Part shown: positions 26,125-32,000 of the stretch, piece by piece
Layout: every line of letters begins with the position of its first letter
Numbering within the stretch: the first letter of the stretch is position 1
Assembly (NCBI RefSeq): GCF_001457595.1
Contig: NZ_LN831039.1
Location: forward strand, 1,290,001-1,322,000
DNA from: Mycolicibacterium smegmatis
Lineage (GTDB): Bacteria; Actinomycetota; Actinomycetes; Mycobacteriales; Mycobacteriaceae
DNA: 32,000 nucleotides
Direction of reading: 5' to 3'
Made by a program: the position numbers and the translations under genes
The notes under the pieces: generated by a model
Database searches by the model: none
What the model was told of the DNA's origin: nothing
The model's input: the letters and a program-made list of their open reading frames with translations, nothing else

Positions 26125-26833
26125 TGGTGGGCACCCCCAGGTACGCCTCCATGACGTGCGGGTCGTGCGAGATCTCGTCAAAGGTGCCCTGCGCCACGAT
26201 CTTTCCGGCGTCCATCACGATGATGCGGTCACAGATGTCCTGCGCGAGTTCCATGTCGTGCTCGATGATCAGGAACGTCGTGCCCGCGTCGCGCAGCGTG
26301 CGGATGGCGTCGAGCATGATCTGGCGCAGCCGCGGGTGCACACCCGCGGCGACCTCGTCGAGCAGCGCGACCTTCGGTTTCTGCATCAGCACGCGGCCCA
26401 TCTCGACCAGCCGCTGCTGCCCGCCCGAGAGCGTGTTGGCCAGGTCGTCGGCGACCCGGGTGAGCTCGAGTTGTTCCAGCACGGCGTCGGCGTCGGCGCG
26501 CGCGTTGTCCCAGCCGAACTGCACCGCGGCGGTCCAGAGGTTCTCGCGCACCGTCATGTTGGTGAACAGCGCCGGGATCTGGAACGTGCGGCCCAGGCCC
26601 GCGCGGGCGATCTTGTACGGCGCGAGCCGGGTGGTGTTGCGGCCGAACAGTTCGATGCTGCCGCCGTCGGGTTTGATGGCCCCGGTGAGCAGGTTGAACA
26701 GCGTGCTCTTGCCGCTGCCGTTGGGGCCGATGATGCCGACGATCTCGGCCTTCTCGACGTCGAACGACACGTCGTTGACCGCGTGGATACCGCCGAAGGA
26801 GCGGGACAGGTTGGCGACTTTCAGAACACTCAT
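26117..26833 (-). CDS. livG: ABC transporter ATP-binding protein, LivG-like
   Basis: GPNGSGKST, LSGGQQ, VALLDEVAAGVHP; start ATG 26833 (MSVLKVANL); the track ORF to 27763 is over-extended. Confidence 0.93.
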   Translation of the reverse strand: MSVLKVANLSRSFGGIHAVNDVSFDVEKAEIVGIIGPNGSGKSTLFNLLTGAIKPDGGSIELFGRNTTRLAPYKIARAGLGRTFQIPALFTNMTVRENLWTAAVQFGWDNARADADAVLEQLELTRVADDLANTLSGGQQRLVEMGRVLMQKPKVALLDEVAAGVHPRLRQIMLDAIRTLRDAGTTFLIIEHDMELAQDICDRIIVMDAGKIVAQGTFDEISHDPHVMEAYLGVPTNE

Positions 26834-27837
26834 CGCGGGGCCTCCGTCTTCACGAGGTCGTGGCGGGCCCGCCCGAGATACTGGCGTATCAGGCGCATTC
26901 GGCGCGCACGGCGGCCCAGACTCACCAGGCCGTCGGGCAGGAACAGCACGATCAGCATCACGATGGCGCCGACGATGATGATGTACGCGGTGGTCTCGCC
27001 GTAGCTGACCCGGAGTTGTTCCTGCAGCAGGAACATCGCGGCCGCGCCGAGTGCGGGGCCCCACGCGTGGCCCAGGCCGCCGACCAGCACCATGACGACC
27101 AGCTGGTCGGTGATCAGGGTGTTCAGCACGCTCTGCGGGTTGATGAAGGTGATCCAGTAGGCGTTGATGCCACCGAGCACGGCCGGGATGACCGCGCTGA
27201 GCATGAACGCCTGGATCTTGACCAGGTTGGTGTTGATGCCCTGGGCGCGTGCGGCGATCTCGTTGTCGCGCACGGCTTTGACCTTGAAGCCGAACTTCGA
27301 GCGTTCCAGCAGCAGGTAGCACACCGCGTAGGCGATGGCCGAGGCGCCGAGCATGGTGTAGAAGAAGAAGTTGTCGTCGGCGCGGATCGGGGTGCTCAGA
27401 CCGCCCGAGCCGCCGGTGAATTCGACCACCGTGGTGAGTTCGCGCACGGCCTCCGCGAGTGCCCACGTGGCGATCGCGAAGTACGCGCCTTTGAGGCGCA
27501 GCGCGGGCCAGCCAACCAGGGCCGCGACGGCGCCGGCGACGACGGCCGCGACGGGCAGCGTGGCCCAGAAGTCCCAGTCGTGCTGGGGCTGCATGAGGAT
27601 CGCGGTGGTGTAGGCGCCGATGCCGAAGAACGCGACGTGACCGAAGCTGATGTAACCGGCGTAGCCGCAGATGACGTTCCAGGACAGCGCGATCCCGGCC
27701 CACAGCGCGACGCCGGTCGCGACGCGTACGTAGTACGGCGACGTCATCAGCGGCAGCAGGCACATGACGGCGACGACGACGACGAGCACGCCGAGATTCA
27801 GGTAGGGGTTACCGCCCGAGGCGGGGCGCTTGCTCAT
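26830..27837 (-). CDS. livM: ABC transporter permease, LivM-like
   Basis: GYAGYISFGHVAFFGIGAYTTAIL, GGINAYWITFINPQSVL, GGLGHAWGPALGA; start ATG 27837 (MSKRPASGG). Confidence 0.92.
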   Translation of the reverse strand: MSKRPASGGNPYLNLGVLVVVVAVMCLLPLMTSPYYVRVATGVALWAGIALSWNVICGYAGYISFGHVAFFGIGAYTTAILMQPQHDWDFWATLPVAAVVAGAVAALVGWPALRLKGAYFAIATWALAEAVRELTTVVEFTGGSGGLSTPIRADDNFFFYTMLGASAIAYAVCYLLLERSKFGFKVKAVRDNEIAARAQGINTNLVKIQAFMLSAVIPAVLGGINAYWITFINPQSVLNTLITDQLVVMVLVGGLGHAWGPALGAAAMFLLQEQLRVSYGETTAYIIIVGAIVMLIVLFLPDGLVSLGRRARRMRLIRQYLGRARHDLVKTEAPR

Positions 27838-28709
27838 GCGATGCCTCGCCGGGAGATGCCCTGCGGGAACAGCAGCAGCGCCACGAACAGCACCGCGAAC
27901 ACCACCAGCAGCGTGTAGTTGGCGCCGACATACGTCGTGACCAGGGACTGCAGGATGCCCAGGAACAGGCCCGCGACCATCACCCCGACCACCGAGCCCA
28001 GGCCGGCGAGCACCACGACGAAGAACGCGAACAGCGTGTAGCGCAGCCCGACTTCGGGTGTCATGGCGTAGATCGCGCCGAGCAGTGCGCCTGCCATGGC
28101 GGTGAGGCCCGTGTAGATCGCGTAGACCAGGCTGCTGATGCGTTTGACGTCGATGCCCATCAGGCCCGCGTTCTCCTTGCTCTGCGCGGTGGCGCGGATC
28201 GCCAGGCCCGTGCGGGTGTAGAAGAGGAACGCCAGGAACAGGGCCGTCGCGATCACCGCGAATGCGAACCCGGCCACCCGGATCATGGGTGCGGTGATGC
28301 CGAATATCGAGATGTTGCCGGTGAACAGGCTGGTGGGCACGGTGCGCGGGTTGTAGCCGAACACCGTGAGCAGGCCGCCGCGGATCAGCGTCGCCAGGCC
28401 GAACGTGAACGCCAGGCCCATCAGTGCGGGTAGCGCGTACTTGCTCATCCGCACCCGGTAGATCAGCGGCGCGATGATCCACCCCACGATCCCGAACACC
28501 ACGAAGACCGCCGGCAGCAGGGCGAACGCGTCGATGCCGATGGCCTCGCTCACCACGATCGCGGCGAACGCGCCGATCACCACCCACATCCCGACGGCGA
28601 GGTCGACGACGTCGAGGACACCGAATGACAGTGAGAACCCGATGCTGATGGCGACGTACAGCCCACCGATGAGGATTCCGCCGACAAGCGCTTGCACGAG
28701 TCCGGTCAT
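27834..28709 (-). CDS. livH: ABC transporter permease, LivH-like
   Basis: LVGGILIGGLYVAISIGFSLSFGVLDVVDLAVG, ATALFLAFLFYTRTGLAIRATAQSKENAGLMGID, GLGSVVGVMVAGLFLGILQSL. Confidence 0.93.
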   Translation of the reverse strand: MTGLVQALVGGILIGGLYVAISIGFSLSFGVLDVVDLAVGMWVVIGAFAAIVVSEAIGIDAFALLPAVFVVFGIVGWIIAPLIYRVRMSKYALPALMGLAFTFGLATLIRGGLLTVFGYNPRTVPTSLFTGNISIFGITAPMIRVAGFAFAVIATALFLAFLFYTRTGLAIRATAQSKENAGLMGIDVKRISSLVYAIYTGLTAMAGALLGAIYAMTPEVGLRYTLFAFFVVVLAGLGSVVGVMVAGLFLGILQSLVTTYVGANYTLLVVFAVLFVALLLFPQGISRRGIA

Positions 28710-28960
28710 AGGGTCCTTTCGACTGGGCGGAGGTCAGGACCCTTCGGAGCGTATCCACGGCAGGCGAATGCCGCGATCGGAACGACAGAAATTGCTGGGA
28801 GCGGGAAATTTTCGCTCGTATGAGCACCGATTGGCTTTTGATCTGCAACTCGTTGGCGCTGTTCCCACTCTCACTATAAGGGCGCAGGTGGGGCTTGCGG
28901 CAAGGCCCGGTGCCTGGTGCACAATCGGCGGTCCGATCACACGGAACAGGGGGAATAGTG

Positions 28961-29389
28961 GTGGCGAATCCGCCGAAACCGTTCGAAGTGCACGAGTCCG
29001 GGGCCTATCTGCACGGCACCAAGGCCGACCTCAAGGTGGGGGACCGACTGGTGCCCGGCCGCGAGTCCAACTTCGAGGCCGGGCGCATCATGAAGCACGT
29101 CTACATCACCCAGACGCTGGACGCCGCGGTGTGGGGCGCCGAGCTTGCTGTCGGTGAGGGTCGCGGGCGGATTTACATCGTCGAACCCGAGGGCGAGATC
29201 GAAGACGACCCGAACGTCACCGACAAGAAGCTCCCCGGCAACCCGACCCGCTCCTACCGCACCCGTGAGCCCGTGCGGATCGTCGGGGAGCTCACCGACT
29301 GGGAGGGGCATTCGCCGGAGCAGATCGCTGCCATGCGGGAGGGGCTCGAGGATCTACGGCGCAAGGGGCTCGCGGTCATCTATGACTAG
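28961..29389 (+). CDS. arr: Rifampicin ADP-ribosyltransferase
   Basis: 142 aa, MANPPKPFEVHESGAYLHGTKADLKVGDRLVPGRESNFEAGRIMKHVYITQTLDAAVWGAELAVGEGRGRIYIVEPEG...KLPGNPTRSYRTREPVRIVGELTDWEGHSPEQ, near-identical to the known M. smegmatis Arr sequence. Confidence 0.97.
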   Translation: MANPPKPFEVHESGAYLHGTKADLKVGDRLVPGRESNFEAGRIMKHVYITQTLDAAVWGAELAVGEGRGRIYIVEPEGEIEDDPNVTDKKLPGNPTRSYRTREPVRIVGELTDWEGHSPEQIAAMREGLEDLRRKGLAVIYD

Positions 29390-29688
29390 GTGGGGTCTGC
29401 GGCGCTGTTCGGCGGCTCAGCGACGCGGACTGATGCCGCGAGGATGCCTAGAACCAGGATGAGTGGAACCGAAACGGGCCATGCGATCAGCAACAACATT
29501 GGACCCCACATCGTGAGGTTCACGATGAACAGGCGAACGTACTCGCCTGTTGGCACTGGGCTGGTGTCATTGCTGCCGGCGATCATGCCGACGGACAAGC
29601 CGATCCCCGCCACCGTGCAGACGAACGCGGTTGCCGCTGCCGTGCAGGCGAGCACGCGGCGTGAGCTGGGCTTGGCGAATCTGATCAT
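29386..29688 (-). CDS. Small membrane protein (100 aa)
   Basis: Two hydrophobic helices; ATG overlaps stop of upstream ORF; 3' end overlaps arr stop codon. Confidence 0.6.
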   Translation of the reverse strand: MIRFAKPSSRRVLACTAAATAFVCTVAGIGLSVGMIAGSNDTSPVPTGEYVRLFIVNLTMWGPMLLLIAWPVSVPLILVLGILAASVRVAEPPNSAADPT

Positions 29689-30134
29689 CTGCGATTTTTC
29701 GGTAACAGCGCCCCGCGCGCCTCATCAATATGGGCCAGCAGCAGAGCCTTTCGCCAAGTCCACCACGTTTCTTCGTCGGCGTCGACTGGAGGGGTCTGCG
29801 GATCATCGTCAGAGCGGCTGAGCGCCAACAGGTGGCGCCATCCGTCGGACGAACCGGTGAGGCCGAAGGCGTTAGGAGCGTCGAGGGGAGCGAGCATGAC
29901 GTCGATGCCACCTTCACGTGCTGACCAACAGATCTGCAGTTTGTAGTCGGCGCTTCGATAGTAAACGGCCCACGTCGGCCGGTCTCCGTACACCATCGTG
30001 TTGTCCGCTGCCTCCAACGCGAAGCCGAGACTTGCCAACATTGGCCCCAGGTGTTGGTCGACACTCGTATGGCTCACAGTGACCATTCTTCCTCGCATCG
30101 AAAGTCCGAGGCGACTCGTGCGAAGTCGCGTCAC
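29685..30134 (-). CDS. Hypothetical protein (up to 149 aa; an internal start is possible)
   Basis: MVTVSHTSVDQHLGPMLASLGFALEAADNTMVYGDRPTWAVYYRSADYKLQICWSAREGG; tryptophan-rich small globular protein, ATGA-coupled to the downstream membrane protein. Confidence 0.6.
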   Translation of the reverse strand: MTRLRTSRLGLSMRGRMVTVSHTSVDQHLGPMLASLGFALEAADNTMVYGDRPTWAVYYRSADYKLQICWSAREGGIDVMLAPLDAPNAFGLTGSSDGWRHLLALSRSDDDPQTPPVDADEETWWTWRKALLLAHIDEARGALLPKNRR

Positions 30135-30168
30135 GCTCCGGAGACCGCAGCCGACGAGGACTTGTGTT

Positions 30169-30438
30169 TCACGCAGGCCCTCGCCGATCGAGAGGCCAGG
30201 CTGAAAGGTAGACGCCGATGGCGTTGTCGATCGCCCTGCCGCGTTCGTTGGGTATGTGCTCGGGTCCGTAGTTGTCGCTCAACGCTTCTGAGAGCGCGTC
30301 GATGAGCGCGTCGCTCTGTTCGATGGTGGGCCGCTCACACCTCTGAAGCAGATACAGAAGTTCCGGATTTCTCTGCGCGAGTTCACCTTCGATGACTGCA
30401 CGGGCATCATCTGAGATTGCATCAAGGACACTGCTCAT
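30169..30438 (-). CDS. Hypothetical protein (89 aa)
   Basis: ATG at 30438 with strong GGAGGAGACC RBS; MSSVLDAISDDARAVIEGELAQRNPELLYLLQRCERPTIEQSDALIDALSEALSDNYGPEHIPNERGRAIDNAIGVYL. Confidence 0.65.
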   Translation of the reverse strand: MSSVLDAISDDARAVIEGELAQRNPELLYLLQRCERPTIEQSDALIDALSEALSDNYGPEHIPNERGRAIDNAIGVYLSAWPLDRRGPA

Positions 30439-30499
30439 GGTCTCCTCCATCCACCTCGGCGGGACGGGACTGGTGTATCGCGGCAGGCGTTCATGGCGG

Positions 30500-30595
30500 G
30501 CGACAATGCAAAACCGCCACCACGTACACGAACGCGATTGCCGCTGCCGTGTGGGCGAGTATGCGACGCATCTCGTTCTGGATCTGATCATCGGC
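30500..30595 (-). pseudogene. Degenerate partial copy of the small membrane protein gene at 29386-29688
   Basis: DNA resemblance of 30514-30590 to 29607-29690; reading frame gives MRRILAHTAAAAIAFVYVVAVLHCRPP (compare RRVLACTAAATAFVCTVAGIGL) and then stops. Confidence 0.5.
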
Positions 30596-30598
30596 AAC

Positions 30599-30973
30599 CT
30601 ACGCCGGATCGGCATAGCGGCGTGGCTCGTTCGAGACCGCAGGCCGCTCGACGGGCGGTGCAATCGTGTGTTCGACCTTCGGTGCCTGATACCGATACTC
30701 ATTCGGGATCTCCTCCACACGTGCCGGCAGTCCGTCATGCTCGTGCCCAGCCCACTGGATGGTATGAGGATCGAGAGGCTGCTCTGGAGGAAGTCCCGGC
30801 CAATCCTCCTCGAGGTCGAGCAAGTAGTAGTACCGGACGGCTTCGTCCAGGTCTTGCCACGGTCCCGGGTTGATGATCGATTGCGTCGTATCGCGGACGA
30901 GGCCCCATGGGGTGGGTGATGAAGACGCCGTGTACACCAGGTACATCTTCGTTCCGTGGGTCCACGCGTTCAC
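30599..30973 (-). CDS. Hypothetical protein (up to 124 aa)
   Basis: Trp/Tyr-rich MNAWTHGTKMYLVYTASSSPTPWGLVRDTTQSIINPGPWQDLDEAVRYYYLLDLEEDWPGLPPEQPLDPHTIQWAGHEHDGLPARVEEIPNEYRY. Confidence 0.5.
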   Translation of the reverse strand: MNAWTHGTKMYLVYTASSSPTPWGLVRDTTQSIINPGPWQDLDEAVRYYYLLDLEEDWPGLPPEQPLDPHTIQWAGHEHDGLPARVEEIPNEYRYQAPKVEHTIAPPVERPAVSNEPRRYADPA

Positions 30974-31437
30974 TGGCCCTGTCGACAGTTGTCGGAGACA
31001 CTAGCATAATCAGGATGCGCGAGAGACATCCTGATTCACTGTTCACGCTGAACTGAGACGCGGTGAGACCCGGTTCGGGGCTGGTATCGAGTTGGCTCGG
31101 GCCTCAACTGCAAATTGGCCGTCTTCCCGAGCGCATTCGCAGAAATGTGTCAAACACAGTCCAAGGTATTCCTCGCCAAGAAGCGTTGCAGCTTAGTTGA
31201 TTTGGATAATCGGGGCGCCCCTCCGCGCAACCCGAGCCTTGGGTTCAGCACCGTGCCTCGAGCATGACCGAACCTATGGCGGCCTTGAGAAGGCCAACAC
31301 CACACGACGAAGCCAGCACCACACCCGCGATATCCGGCGGTAAGCGCCGCCCGTCGTTGTCGCGCAGCGGCGCTGCTGAAGATCGAGCACTTCGAGAGCG
31401 ATAGGACCAAGACTGCCCTCGGTGCCGACTGTGCCGC

Positions 31438-32000
31438 TCAGACGATCGGGTCCGGCCCCTTGCCGGTGGCAGCGGCGAAGCGCACCTGTACGTCTTGCCA
31501 GTTGACGACGTTCCAGATCGCCTTCACATAGTCGGCCTTGACGTTCTTGTACTGCAGGTAGTACGCGTGTTCCCACATGTCGACCAGCAACAGCGGGATG
31601 ATTCCCAGTGGGACATTTGCTTGCTGGTCGTACAACTGGAAGGTCAGCAGCCGGTCACCGAGGGTGTCGTAGCCCAACACCGCCCAGCCGGACCCCTGCA
31701 AACCGTTGGCGGCCGCGGTGAACTGCGCGCGAAAGTTGTCGAACGAGCCGAACTGGTCGTCGATCGCAGCCGCGAGATCCCCGGTCGGCTTGTCGCCACC
31801 GTGCGGGGACAGGTTCTTCCACCAGATCGTGTGGTTGACGTGCCCGCCGAGGTGGAACGCAAGGTTCTTCTCGTGCAGGAAGATCGCGCCGTGATCGCCG
31901 TTGGCGCGCGCTTCTTCAAGCTTGGCGATCGCGTCGTTGACGCCCTTGACGTAGGTGGCGTGGTGCTTGCTGTGGTGAATCTCGTTGATCTGTCCGGAGA
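31438..32000 (-). CDS. sodA: Fe/Mn superoxide dismutase, partial (N-terminus beyond window end)
   Basis: [19 protein letters not shown] at window edge; [62 protein letters not shown]. Confidence 0.96.
   Translation of the reverse strand, partial: SGQINEIHHSKHHATYVKGVNDAIAKLEEARANGDHGAIFLHEKNLAFHLGGHVNHTIWWKNLSPHGGDKPTGDLAAAIDDQFGSFDNFRAQFTAAANGLQGSGWAVLGYDTLGDRLLTFQLYDQQANVPLGIIPLLLVDMWEHAYYLQYKNVKADYVKAIWNVVNWQDVQVRFAAATGKGPDPIV

Noticed and set aside
26834-27763. N-terminal extension of the LivG frame (track ORF 26117-27763)
   Set aside because: The extension is antisense-like low-complexity sequence overlapping livM; LivG homology begins at MSVLKVANL (26833).
27838-28848. N-terminal extension of the LivM frame (track ORF 26830-28848)
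   Set aside because: Overlaps livH entirely; homology begins at MSKRPASGG (27837).
31046-31437. Possible coding or mobile-element remnant between the accessory cluster and sodA
   Set aside because: Short ORFs on both strands lack RBS and domain features; no terminal inverted repeats or transposase/integrase motifs could be supported.
1-32000. CRISPR arrays, tRNA or rRNA genes
   Set aside because: No regularly spaced repeats, cloverleaf with CCA-proximal T-loop, or rRNA signatures were noticed by eye; a tRNAscan/CRISPR search was not possible.

Overview
A 32 kb high-GC chromosomal window from a mycobacterium (likely a fast grower related to M. smegmatis; this is inferred from KasA/CMAS/DesA3/Arr/SodA-like proteins and not confirmed by any search). 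It contains: the 5' part of an SNF2-type helicase; a divergent pair of response-regulator-like genes; a membrane flippase-like protein with an embedded degenerate kinase fold; an intact Ser/Thr kinase fused to a periplasmic solute-binding domain, followed by a PknH-sensor-like lipoprotein; a KasA/KasB-like ketosynthase in which Asp replaces the catalytic Cys, converging on two cyclopropane/mycolic acid methyltransferases; a tightly coupled small ORF-GT4-glycosidase-like-GH130 operon; an NYN-domain protein; a DesA3-like desaturase; a P450; an LppZ-like lipoprotein; a DsbA-fold protein; an EspC/WXG100-type secretion cassette with a putative glycine-zipper effector and membrane partner; a complete branched-chain amino-acid-type ABC transporter; the rifampicin ADP-ribosyltransferase arr; a small accessory cluster with a degraded duplicate; and sodA (partial). 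The strongest candidates for undescribed biology are (1) the EspC-like / WXG-effector / membrane-immunity triad at 21.6-24.0 kb, (2) the Cys-to-Asp ketosynthase with its CMAS neighbours, (3) the kinase / pseudokinase / orphan-sensor neighbourhood at 2.2-7.3 kb, and (4) two unlinked tiny secreted-protein genes that share an approximately 140 bp conserved leader.
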